From: Longimicrobiales bacterium
GTDB taxonomy: Bacteria > Gemmatimonadota > Gemmatimonadetes > Longimicrobiales > Gaopeijiaceae
Assembly (NCBI GenBank): GCA_965249725.1
Contig: CBDFMQ010000002.1
Coordinates: 384,001-448,000 of the forward strand
DNA: 64,000 bases
Direction: 5' to 3'
In this document: positions 18,735-27,435 of the stretch, piece by piece
Layout: every line of letters starts with the position of its first letter
Numbering within the stretch: position 1 is the stretch's first letter
The notes under the pieces: generated by a model
What the model was told of the DNA's origin: nothing
The model's database searches: none
The model's input: only the letters and a program-made list of their open reading frames with translations
Translations under genes and position numbers: made by a program

Positions 18735-20024
18735 ATGGCTTCCCCGACACCCCTCCGCCGTGAGTTGCTCGCCTCCCTGGGAGTCATCTTCGTAGGCGCT
18801 ACGCTGTTCTTGGCGGTGTCCCTCATGACGGTACTCCCCCTCATGCGGTCCACGGGAGGCACTCTGGCCTTCATCCTGACCATCGTCGTTGCCGACCTCG
18901 TCGCCTTCCTCGCGTTCGGCGGTTGGATGCTCAAGAAGGGCCTGATCAAGCCCGTAGAGGCGCTGGTCGATGGGGTCACGCGCATCACCGATGGGGACTA
19001 CCGGTACCGCGTGGAGCTCCCTGAGGGACTCGAGCTCCGGAGCATCACCGAGGGCGTGAACGTCATGGCCGATCGACTCATCGCCGAGCAGCAGGCCCTC
19101 GCCGATAACGTCGAGTCGCTCGATGACACCAACAGACAGTTGGTGGAGGCGCGAAACGAGGTGATCCAAGCGGCACGGCTGGCGTCCGTGGGGACGCTAG
19201 CGGCCGGCATCGCCCATGAGGTCGGGAACCCGCTGGCCGCGATCATCGCCTATGTGGATGTGATCGTCCGCCGGCTGGAGGCCGCTGGAGACGATCCCGA
19301 GTTGCTCCTTTCGATCCGATCGGAGGCGCAACGCATCGACGGGATCGTCAGAGGATTGCTCGACTTCGCTCGGCCCAAACCGGAAGAGGTCGGTCCGATT
19401 CACGTCGGGGAGGTCATCGGGACGGTGCGAGAACTGCTCGAGAATCAGGGCAAGCTGTCCAAGGTCGAACACGGGTGGCAGATCGATGAGGAGTGTCCAC
19501 CGGTTCTGGTCGCCGAGCAGCATCTCGAGCAGGTATTGGTGAATCTCTTATTGAACGCCTTGGACGCACTCGATGAACGCCCCGGTGGGGCGATCAAAGT
19601 GGCCGTCTGGAGTGAGGACGGTCCGGCTGCACACTTCCCTCGCCGCCGTGAAGACGATCCTCCTAGCATCAACTACATGCACCGGCGCAGAGTGGCTCAC
19701 GACTCCGAGGTCGAGGTCCTCGGCACGTTGGAGACGGCCCGGCGCATCGTCGTGATCACTGTGTCCGATAATGGGCCGGGACTCCCTGAATCGAGCACCG
19801 ACCATGTGTTCGATCCGTTCTTCACAACCAAGGAGCCGGGACGCGGGACGGGCCTGGGTCTCTTCATCTCGGCGCGCCTCGTTGGGGGCATGGGCGGCAA
19901 GATCGAGGTCGAGAACCAGCCCGGGGCCGGGGCCCGATTCATGGTACGCCTTCCGGAGGCCGTAGCGGCCGGTGTAATGTCGGAGAAAGCCGAATACTCA
20001 GAGTCAGCGGAGGAAGTAGAGTGA
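18735..20024 (+). CDS. HAMP-domain sensor histidine kinase (positional equivalent of PilS2)
   Basis: Two TM helices, HAMP, AGIAHEVGNPL, NLLLNA, DNGPG, FDPFFTTKEPGRGTGLGL. Confidence 0.88.
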   Translation: MASPTPLRRELLASLGVIFVGATLFLAVSLMTVLPLMRSTGGTLAFILTIVVADLVAFLAFGGWMLKKGLIKPVEALVDGVTRITDGDYRYRVELPEGLELRSITEGVNVMADRLIAEQQALADNVESLDDTNRQLVEARNEVIQAARLASVGTLAAGIAHEVGNPLAAIIAYVDVIVRRLEAAGDDPELLLSIRSEAQRIDGIVRGLLDFARPKPEEVGPIHVGEVIGTVRELLENQGKLSKVEHGWQIDEECPPVLVAEQHLEQVLVNLLLNALDALDERPGGAIKVAVWSEDGPAAHFPRRREDDPPSINYMHRRRVAHDSEVEVLGTLETARRIVVITVSDNGPGLPESSTDHVFDPFFTTKEPGRGTGLGLFISARLVGGMGGKIEVENQPGAGARFMVRLPEAVAAGVMSEKAEYSESAEEVE

Positions 20025-21409
20025 AGATCCTCGTCATCGATGACGATCAGGGACTCAGACGATCACTCTCGCTGATTCTCGACGAGGGGGGGCACGGCGT
20101 CGTGGTTGCAGCGAACGGTGCCGACGGACTCGCAGCCGCCAGGAACGAGAAACCCGACCTGATCCTCTGCGACGTGCGGATGCCTCAGATGGACGGGCTC
20201 GAGTTCCTGAAGCGGTACCAAGAGGAGGACGGCGGGGCGCTCGTCATCATGATGACCGCCTACGGTAGCGTCGATCTCGCCGTCAAGGCGATGACGGCCG
20301 GCGCGTACGACTACTTGGCCAAGCCTTTCGGTGCCGACGAAGTCCTGCTCACCATCCGGAAGGCGGAGGAGCGCGAGCGCCTTCGGGCCGAGGTGGGACG
20401 GTTGAGGGCCGAGGTCCGCTTTGAGCGTCGGATCGGAGACATCATCGCTCGATCACCGGCGATGATCCGGGCGATCGAGGTGGCCGACAAAGTGGCACGG
20501 CATCAATCGCCGGTGCTTTTGACCGGTGAGTCGGGGACCGGGAAGGAACTCATGGCCCGTCACATCCACCGCCAGAGCGATCGAGCCGACCTACCCTTCG
20601 TGCCCGTGAATTGTGGTGCGATCCCCGAAACGCTGCTCGAGTCCGAGTTCTTCGGTTATGTCCGAGGCGCCTTCACCGGTGCGGAACGGGACAAGGAAGG
20701 ACTATTCGAGATGGCCGATGGTGGCACCCTGTTCCTGGACGAAGTCGGGGAGTTGCCGACGGCGCTGCAGGTGAAGCTCTTGCGCGCCCTTCAGGAGGGC
20801 GAGATCAGACGCTTGGGCGGTGAGGGGACCACCACCGTGAACGTGCGGATTCTGGCCGCGACCAACACCGTGAACGTGCGGATTCTGGCCGCGACCAACA
20901 GAGATCTCGAGGCCGCGGTAAAGGCTGGCGAGTACCGACAGGATCTCTACTACCGGTTGGCCGTGATTCCCATACACCTTCCCCCGCTGAGGGAACGCAC
21001 GGAAGCGATTCCCGATCTCACCTATCACCTTCTCGAGCGTCTCCGCGAACGCCTGAACCTCGGGGTAGAGTCTGTGACCCCTGGAGCGATGAAGGCACTG
21101 TTGGCGTATCCGTGGCCGGGCAATATCCGCGAGTTGGAGAATGTGCTGGAGCAGGCGATCGTGCTCACCGAGGGAGACGCACTCGACGAGGAGAGCCTGT
21201 CCGGGCGCTTGGACGCTACCGACATGATACTCGAACCCGGCTACGCCTCGGACGATCTTTCTGTTAAGCGCCGGTCTGCCGAGCTGGAGAGCCAGCTCAT
21301 CCAACGCGCGCTCGAACGAACGGGTGGGAACCGCTCCAAGGCCGCGGCCTTGCTCGAGCTGTCACCACGTGCCCTGAGGTACAAGATCCAGGACTACGGA
21401 CTCGACTAG
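20021..21409 (+). CDS. Sigma54-dependent response regulator (positional equivalent of PilR2)
   Basis: Receiver [38 protein letters not shown]; contains an 11-aa internal duplication. Confidence 0.9.
   Translation: MKILVIDDDQGLRRSLSLILDEGGHGVVVAANGADGLAAARNEKPDLILCDVRMPQMDGLEFLKRYQEEDGGALVIMMTAYGSVDLAVKAMTAGAYDYLAKPFGADEVLLTIRKAEERERLRAEVGRLRAEVRFERRIGDIIARSPAMIRAIEVADKVARHQSPVLLTGESGTGKELMARHIHRQSDRADLPFVPVNCGAIPETLLESEFFGYVRGAFTGAERDKEGLFEMADGGTLFLDEVGELPTALQVKLLRALQEGEIRRLGGEGTTTVNVRILAATNTVNVRILAATNRDLEAAVKAGEYRQDLYYRLAVIPIHLPPLRERTEAIPDLTYHLLERLRERLNLGVESVTPGAMKALLAYPWPGNIRELENVLEQAIVLTEGDALDEESLSGRLDATDMILEPGYASDDLSVKRRSAELESQLIQRALERTGGNRSKAAALLELSPRALRYKIQDYGLD
20833..20898 (+). repeat. 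Perfect 33-bp in-frame tandem duplication
   Basis: CACCGTGAACGTGCGGATTCTGGCCGCGACCAA occurs at 20833 and 20866, encoding [11 protein letters not shown] twice. Confidence 0.95.
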
Positions 21410-21466
21410 AGTCGTAGGCCGCCTCGAGCATACCAACGCCCGCACTACCGCGACATCGTGTAAGCC

Positions 21467-21895
21467 ATGTGTCGCGGTTTTTCGATCCTTGAGCTGGTCG
21501 TCGCTCTCACGCTGATCGCAGTGGGCGTGAGTCTGCTGCTGCCGGCCGCCCGCCGAATCGATGAGCGACTCTCCGTCGTGGCGGCCCGCGAGGAACTCGT
21601 GGGCCTCATCATCCGGGCCCGTGGCCTCGCGCGCCTACACGGGGAGGCCGCCCTGGTCCTTGAGACAGGGCCTGCCAAGGCCTGGATCTCGGCGGGTGAC
21701 ACGATCCGCGAAATCATCGACCTCCGTGAGCTCCACCAGGCGGACCTGTTCATCTCCGGTGGGCGTGCCAGCGCTGAACTCCGTTTCGATGGCCTGGGCC
21801 TGGGGCGAATGGCGGCCCGCTCCATGACGCTGAGGCGAGGTCGCGCTCTGGCGCGCCTCGTGGTGTCGGCCTACGGCCGGATCCGGCGAGAATGA
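21467..21895 (+). CDS. Minor pilin, FimT/FimU (GspH)-like
   Basis: RG|FSILELVVALTLIAVG prepilin motif; LRFDGLG near the C-terminus; first of four pilin-like genes. Confidence 0.75.
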   Translation: MCRGFSILELVVALTLIAVGVSLLLPAARRIDERLSVVAAREELVGLIIRARGLARLHGEAALVLETGPAKAWISAGDTIREIIDLRELHQADLFISGGRASAELRFDGLGLGRMAARSMTLRRGRALARLVVSAYGRIRRE

Positions 21896-22233
21896 CCGAT
21901 AGACGTGGGTTCAGCCTGGTCGAGGTCCTGGTCGCTCTGGTCGTGCTCGAGATCGGCCTGCTCGGGGCGGTGGGTATGACTTGGCAGGCCCAACGGACGG
22001 TTCGGGCGACCGAGACGCACGAAGCGGTTACCCGGGCCGTTGAGGCCTTGGCGGATTCCCTGACCCGCGCCGGATGGACCGGACCGGGGCGCCGAGCAAT
22101 GGCCGGCGGGGAGTTGCGCTGGTCGCTCGCCGGGGCGGGAGTGGTCACGATCTCGTTCCAACGAGATCGTGAGTCGCGGCTAGAGGTTGGCCTCCCGGTG
22201 GGGGGCTCGGTTGGGGGTGCACGTGCTCCGTGA
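21892..22233 (+). CDS. Minor pilin, PilV-like
   Basis: RRG|FSLVEVLVALVVLEIGLLG; ATGA overlap with the previous gene. Confidence 0.75.
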   Translation: MTDRRGFSLVEVLVALVVLEIGLLGAVGMTWQAQRTVRATETHEAVTRAVEALADSLTRAGWTGPGRRAMAGGELRWSLAGAGVVTISFQRDRESRLEVGLPVGGSVGGARAP

Positions 22234-22951
22234 GCGCCGAGGGATCGCGGCCGCCGAAGCGCTCGTGTCCCTCCTGCTGGGACTGGCTTTGGTTGGACTC
22301 GGCTGGCGGGCGCTCTCGAGTCAGAGGGTCGTGGCCGGCCGCCTGGTCCACCGGATGGACGTGATCTCGGCCCGCAGGATGACGGCCGCCGTGATCGGGA
22401 GAGATCTCCGGCAGGGGGTGGCCGGTCGTGACTGGCCCGACCCCGCCGGCGACAGTCTTCCCCTGCGAGCCTTCCGGGGGTGGAGCTTGACTTGCTCCAG
22501 CGACCCGCTCCGTCCGGGTACAGCCGTAGTCGCCTACAGAGGTGAGCGATCTCCGAACCCCGCCAAGGACTCCGTTCTGGTCCTGACCGGGGGAGGGTGG
22601 CTGCCTGCCGACCTGGTGAGCAGAGTCGGGAAGGGCAAGGCGCTCTGTCCAACCGGGCTCGAGTCCGACGTGGAGCTGTGGACTCTGGATCCGCCTGTAT
22701 CCGGCTTCTTGATGCGCGTCTTCGAGCGCGGGAGCTATCACATCACCGATGGAGCCCTCCGCTATAGGAGAGGGAGGGGTGGTAGACAGCCGCTCACCGC
22801 CGAAGTGTTCACCAAATCGTCGGCCTTGAACGGGACCCACGGCCGGCTTCTGCTGACGCTGGCGAGCGGGCGGGACGTCTCGAGCGGCACGTGGATGGCG
22901 GAAATCGTCGTGTGGGCGCGGGAGGTCACGTCGTTCCCTATCGACGAGTGA
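22217..22951 (+). CDS. Minor pilin, PilW-like
   Basis: Degenerate prepilin motif RRG|IAAAEALVSLLLG, helix ending VIGRDLRQ; third gene in the cluster. GTG start inferred. Confidence 0.6.
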   Translation: MHVLRERRGIAAAEALVSLLLGLALVGLGWRALSSQRVVAGRLVHRMDVISARRMTAAVIGRDLRQGVAGRDWPDPAGDSLPLRAFRGWSLTCSSDPLRPGTAVVAYRGERSPNPAKDSVLVLTGGGWLPADLVSRVGKGKALCPTGLESDVELWTLDPPVSGFLMRVFERGSYHITDGALRYRRGRGGRQPLTAEVFTKSSALNGTHGRLLLTLASGRDVSSGTWMAEIVVWAREVTSFPIDE

Positions 22952-24111
22952 CCGCCGACCCGTTCCCACGAGTGACCCGCGGCCCGAGTCGACGTGCGAC
23001 GCGCGAGGGGGACGAAAGAGGCTACGTGCTGATCGTGGTCCTGGTTCTGCTCATGGCCACCACGGCCGCCGGGCACAGCCTCCTCGTGCTCGCCCGAGCC
23101 GAGCTCTCGGTTTCCGTCGCCCACTGGGCGGGTCTCGTTCGCCGCCTGGCCGCGGAGGGAGGTGTGCGACTCGCATCAGGCGGTATCGCGCGTATCGGGT
23201 CGCTTCCATTGAAAGCCTGGACCCCGGCTGGGGAGGGCATCATTCCGCCCGGGGCCCGATTCGCATCCACGGCGCTACGGCTCTCCTCGGAGGTCGTGCT
23301 GCTCCGTTCAGAGGCGAGGGTCGATCGGTTTGCCGGTACGCATGTGGTGCTGGGGGTCTATTGGGGGATGCATGCGGAAGCACGGGTCGGGGCCGCCTCA
23401 GGCATCGTGGTGAGCGGTGGGCCGATGATCCTGGGGGGTGGAAGCCGAATCGAGACGTCACGAGTCGGCGAAGCACCGCCGCCTTGGTCCGAGGCTCGTT
23501 GTGCCGAATATCGGCCGGGGCTCGACACGCTCTTCGGCGGTGGTGTGCCCGCCTGGGCGGATCTGAGGAAGGAGGGAGCGGCCTTCGGCTTCCTAGAAGA
23601 CCGGGCGATGGAGGGCGGACCTCTGGTACTGCCTTCCCTCGGACTTCTCGACCACGAAGCACTCTTGGAAGGGGCCCAGGTGTCGGCTCCGAGCCCGGCC
23701 TCCCCCGCACCGAGCAGAGTGGGACCGAGGTGCGATCAGACGTCTCCCCTGAACTGGGGGGCACCCATGGACCCGCTGGATCCATGTGCAGAGTATCGAC
23801 CCGTCGTGGTATCGGAAGGCCCACTGACCATGCGGGGCGGCGTAGGGCAGGGCGTGCTCCTGGTCGTCGGAGACGCCATCCTCTCCTCGGGAGCTCAGTA
23901 TTTCGGTGTGGTCGTCGTCGCGGGCGATCTCTCGGTTCGAAGCGGAGCCCGGATCAGTGGCTTGGTACGTGTCGGGGGGACCGTCTCGCTCGACGGCGGC
24001 TCCGAGGTCGTGGGCTCGTCCTGCGCGGCCCTCGCAGCACTCGAGTCCGCCGTGTCTCTGCAAGGCCTGATCCCGCTTCCGGAAGGGTTCTGGCTAGACG
24101 ACCCGTACTGA
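22948..24111 (+). CDS. Minor pilin, PilX-like, with C-terminal Gly-rich beta region
   Basis: ERG|YVLIVVLVLLM (no Glu5, as expected for PilX/GspK), ARxAAEGG-like RRLAAEGG; GTGA overlap. Confidence 0.6.
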   Translation: MTADPFPRVTRGPSRRATREGDERGYVLIVVLVLLMATTAAGHSLLVLARAELSVSVAHWAGLVRRLAAEGGVRLASGGIARIGSLPLKAWTPAGEGIIPPGARFASTALRLSSEVVLLRSEARVDRFAGTHVVLGVYWGMHAEARVGAASGIVVSGGPMILGGGSRIETSRVGEAPPPWSEARCAEYRPGLDTLFGGGVPAWADLRKEGAAFGFLEDRAMEGGPLVLPSLGLLDHEALLEGAQVSAPSPASPAPSRVGPRCDQTSPLNWGAPMDPLDPCAEYRPVVVSEGPLTMRGGVGQGVLLVVGDAILSSGAQYFGVVVVAGDLSVRSGARISGLVRVGGTVSLDGGSEVVGSSCAALAALESAVSLQGLIPLPEGFWLDDPY

Positions 24112-24219
24112 TCCGCCCTCTACTTCGATCGAGCTACGCCTCGGACTCCGTCGAATCTAATTGTGGCCCCGAAGTGGCGGTGTGCGTATCGTTTAGTGGC
24201 GCTTTGAGTGACGAATCGG

Positions 24220-24305
24220 GCGCCACGTCGGGCCCCGCGTAGGGCACCACGTCGAGCACCACGTCGAGCAGCACCGTCGAGCACCACCGTAGAGCATCAC
24301 CGGGA
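24220..24305. repeat. Degenerate 12-13 bp tandem repeat (about 7 units)
   Basis: GCGCCACGTCGG GCCCCGCGTAGG GCACCACGTCGA GCACCACGTCGA GCAGCACCGTCGA GCACCACCGTAGA GCATCACCGGGA. Confidence 0.75.
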
Positions 24306-24422
24306 GTCGGTTTCCCACAAATGGGGTTTTTGAGGGGGCATTTCTTTCCGCGTAGGGAAAGACTTGGCCGTTTTGAAGAGCGATTCGGGACGCGCCGGCC
24401 CGTACCTGATAGCATTTCGGTA

Positions 24423-24438
24423 TGGCACGGATCTCGCG
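24423..24438 (+). promoter_or_regulatory. Candidate sigma54 promoter upstream of pilM
   Basis: TGGCACG-GATC-TCGC: consensus -24 element and correct GG-N10-GC spacing. Confidence 0.55.
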
Positions 24439-24548
24439 AGGGAGCCTCCGGGTCGTTTCTCACGGACCAGGCGCGAGATTGGATGAGAATGATCGAAGTA
24501 TCATCAAATGTTTACCAATCTTTTGAATTGCGCTTCACGAAAAATCTC

Positions 24549-24578
24549 TTGACAATGCTTGGATTCTAGTGGTAACCT
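24549..24578 (+). promoter_or_regulatory. Candidate sigma70 promoter upstream of pilM
   Basis: TTGACA (24549-54), 18-nt spacer, extended -10 TG-G-TAACCT (24573-78), in an AT-rich region. Confidence 0.55.
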
Positions 24579-24631
24579 GATTCAGGTTTCAGATAAATAT
24601 ATGTTCCTGTGCCCCACAAGATGAGGGCTGA

Positions 24632-25669
24632 ATGGGCCTCTTCGGACGCAGCAAACAGTCGGTAGGACTGGATATCGGCAGCGGCTTTGTCAAAGTCGTG
24701 GTTGTCGATCATTCCGGTGACCAGCCCGAGGTTAGCCGTGTCGCGATGCGTCCGCTCGTAGCGGATGCGATCGTGGAGGGCGAGGTCATGGACCCCGGTC
24801 TGGTGGCCGACACTGTCCGAGGTCTCTTCCAGGAGATGGGCCTGAAGAGCAAAGACGTGATCACGGCGGTGGGGGGGCACGACGTGATCATCAAGAAGAT
24901 CGAGATGGATCGGATGAAGGAGTCCGACGCTCGAGAGGTCATCCGCTGGGAAGCGGAGCAGCACGTTCCGTTCGACATCAAGAGCGTCGAGTTGGATTTC
25001 CAGATTCTGAACCCCTTCGACGAGGGCCTCCAAATGGAGATCCTCCTGGTGGCTGCCAAACGGGAGCTCGTCGACAACAAGGTCAGCCTCCTCCTGGACG
25101 CCGGCCTTTCTCCAGTAGCCATCGACGTAGACGCCTTCGCGCTCCACAACGCTTTCGAGCACAACTACCCGGAGGCCATGGAGGGCATCGTCGCTTTGGT
25201 CAACGTCGGCCATGAGACGACCAACGTTAACGTGCTCGAGAACGGCAACCCCATCCTGACGCGGGACATCCCGTTCGGATCGAGGCGGGTGCGCGAGGAT
25301 CTGCAGAGAGAAAAGGGGCTCACGGCCGAGCAAGCGGAAGACGTCGTGCAGGGCCGAGAGGAACTTGCGGATCTGTCCACCCTGGTCGACGCGAGCGCAG
25401 ATGAGGTGGCGGTCGGAATCGAGCGGGCGTCTGCGTTCCTGATGACGAGGCAAGACGGTGGCGGCTTGGGGCGTATCTACCTGAGTGGTGGTGGAGCGCG
25501 GATTCCCGGCATGACCAGTGCACTGAGTACCCGCATGAACTTGGAAACCGACTTGGTGAACCCGTTCGAACAGGTCCCGGTACAGCCGGCGGCCTCGGAG
25601 ACGATCCTACTAGAGGAGGCGGCGCCGATGTTGCTGCTTCCCCTGGGCCTGGCCTTGCGGCCGCTCTAA
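24632..25669 (+). CDS. pilM: Type IV pilus assembly protein PilM
   Basis: VGLDIGSG, EAEQHVPFDI, LLVAAK, IDVDAFAL, LSGGGA, VNPF, LGLALR. Confidence 0.95.
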   Translation: MGLFGRSKQSVGLDIGSGFVKVVVVDHSGDQPEVSRVAMRPLVADAIVEGEVMDPGLVADTVRGLFQEMGLKSKDVITAVGGHDVIIKKIEMDRMKESDAREVIRWEAEQHVPFDIKSVELDFQILNPFDEGLQMEILLVAAKRELVDNKVSLLLDAGLSPVAIDVDAFALHNAFEHNYPEAMEGIVALVNVGHETTNVNVLENGNPILTRDIPFGSRRVREDLQREKGLTAEQAEDVVQGREELADLSTLVDASADEVAVGIERASAFLMTRQDGGGLGRIYLSGGGARIPGMTSALSTRMNLETDLVNPFEQVPVQPAASETILLEEAAPMLLLPLGLALRPL

Positions 25670-25688
25670 CTAGGACGAGGAACGCCCC

Positions 25689-26354
25689 TTGATCGAGGTC
25701 AATCTCCTTCCCGGAGTAAAAAGGCGCGCCACGAAGAAGGGCCGTGGCGGGCTTCTTTTCTCCATTCCGAGCATTTCGGCCATTCCGGCCGATCCGTATA
25801 TCCTCGGGGCTATCGCGACGGTGGTTGTCACGGTGGGGTTGCTGGGGTGGTGGTATCTCGGTCTTTCCTCGAGCACGGAAGAAGTCGAGGTGGCCCTGGT
25901 CGAAGCCGTCAGTGATTCCGCCAACTATGCGGATCTCATTCAACGGAATGAGCAGCTGACCGCACGCCGTGATTCGATTGCCGAGAAGGTCGACATCATT
26001 CAGGAGATCGACGCGGGACGGTACATCTGGCCCCATGTACTCGATGAGGTGGCCAGAGCTCTGCCGGACTATACGTGGCTCTCCCAGGTTCTCCAGGTCA
26101 CCGTAGGCGAGACCATCGAGTTCCAGATTCACGGCAAGGCCGGAAACAACTTCGCCCTGACCTCGTTCGGTGAGGCGCTCGAGGGGTCTCCGTTCATCAG
26201 GAACGTGGCGTTGGTGCAGACGGAGCAGGTGCTCGAGCCCACGGGCCAGCTCGTCTTCGTCTTCCAGTTGGACGCGGCATTCGAAGTTCCGCCGATGGAG
26301 CTTCTGGAGACGGTCCCGCTTTTCGGGTCCAATCCTTTGGACGGTAATCGGTAG
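25689..26354 (+). CDS. pilN: Type IV pilus assembly protein PilN
   Basis: N-terminal IEVNLLP motif, one TM, coiled coil, LPDYTWL. Confidence 0.9.
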   Translation: MIEVNLLPGVKRRATKKGRGGLLFSIPSISAIPADPYILGAIATVVVTVGLLGWWYLGLSSSTEEVEVALVEAVSDSANYADLIQRNEQLTARRDSIAEKVDIIQEIDAGRYIWPHVLDEVARALPDYTWLSQVLQVTVGETIEFQIHGKAGNNFALTSFGEALEGSPFIRNVALVQTEQVLEPTGQLVFVFQLDAAFEVPPMELLETVPLFGSNPLDGNR

Positions 26355-26362
26355 GCGACGAC

Positions 26363-26950
26363 ATGGCTCTGATTCCTGAAGATTCGAAACAGAAAAACGC
26401 CCTCGCCGGCATCGTTTTCTGCCTCGTGGCGCTGTACTTCGCCAATAGCTTGTGGTACAGCGGAGCCAAAGAGGATCTCGCAGCGCAGCAGGCGCGCCTG
26501 GAGAACCTCGATACGCAGAATCGCGTGGCGCAGACCCTAGCGATCAGCGGTGGCCGGGACCTCGAAGAGCGCATGGCGGTCTACGAGCGACACATCTCGC
26601 AGCTCGAACAGTTGATCCCCGAGTCGGGTGAGGTGCTGACCCTACTCGCGGAGATGAACCGCGTGGCCCGAGACGTGGGAGTCGATCTGGACCTGATGCG
26701 GCCCGAGGCGAGCGAGCCCGGTGCGTTCTATACCAAAGAGACCTTCGAGATTCGGGTCCTCGGCGACTACCACGAAGTAGGCCGGTTCTTGACACGAATT
26801 GCCTCACTTCCGCGGATCATCACGCCGAGCGACCTGCAGATCGAACCGTACGCCGACCAGAGGGGGGTGAGCGAATACCAGGCCCCCATACAGGTCACCT
26901 TCCGAATCCAGACGTATGTGGTACCGGACCGTGAGGGGGGAGGCCCATGA
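26363..26950 (+). CDS. pilO: Type IV pilus assembly protein PilO
   Basis: TM plus coiled coil, LIPESGEV, FY, GDYHEVGRFLTRIASLPRII. Confidence 0.9.
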   Translation: MALIPEDSKQKNALAGIVFCLVALYFANSLWYSGAKEDLAAQQARLENLDTQNRVAQTLAISGGRDLEERMAVYERHISQLEQLIPESGEVLTLLAEMNRVARDVGVDLDLMRPEASEPGAFYTKETFEIRVLGDYHEVGRFLTRIASLPRIITPSDLQIEPYADQRGVSEYQAPIQVTFRIQTYVVPDREGGGP

Positions 26951-27435
26951 CCGGCAAGCTCCTTTCCCGGTTCGTCATGGTCGCCGTGTTCCTTGCCGTG
27001 ATGCCCGGAGCCGTGTGGGCCCAGGATCCGGCCGGCCCTGCGACACAGGACTCGACCGAACTCTCGTTCGAGAGAGAAGTCTTCGAGTATCCGCAGTACG
27101 CGCGTCGGAATCCCTTCGCGCCGCTTCTGTCGGCCGAGGGGGGCGGGCCCCGTTGGGAACGCCTCGTTCTTCTGGGGATCGTCTTCTCGTCCGATGGGAC
27201 AAACAGCGTTGCACTCTTCGGTGAGGGGACCAGAAACACCGACACCGATGGCGAAGAGACGGTCGATGTGACCGGGAGTACTTATCGCCTTCGAATCGGA
27301 GAGAGTGTGGGGAATACCACCGTCCAGGACATTCAACGTCTCCACGTGGTCGTCGAGGTTGAAGAGTTCGGACTTACTGAGACGCGCATTATGGAAATGC
27401 CGAATCGCACTGCGGGCCAAGGAGGCCCTGAATGA
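26947..27435 (+). CDS. pilP: PilP-like pilus assembly protein
   Basis: RRNPFAPL motif, LVLLGIV, YRLRIGESVG; lies between pilO and pilQ; has a signal peptide without an obvious lipobox Cys. Confidence 0.7.
   Translation: MTGKLLSRFVMVAVFLAVMPGAVWAQDPAGPATQDSTELSFEREVFEYPQYARRNPFAPLLSAEGGGPRWERLVLLGIVFSSDGTNSVALFGEGTRNTDTDGEETVDVTGSTYRLRIGESVGNTTVQDIQRLHVVVEVEEFGLTETRIMEMPNRTAGQGGPE

Noticed and set aside
24220..24305. CRISPR-like array
   Set aside because: Units are 12-13 bp, head-to-tail and without spacers, and there are no cas genes.
24321..24569. 82-aa ORF in the pilX-pilM intergenic region
   Set aside because: It has no recognisable motif or RBS and overlaps the promoter candidates.
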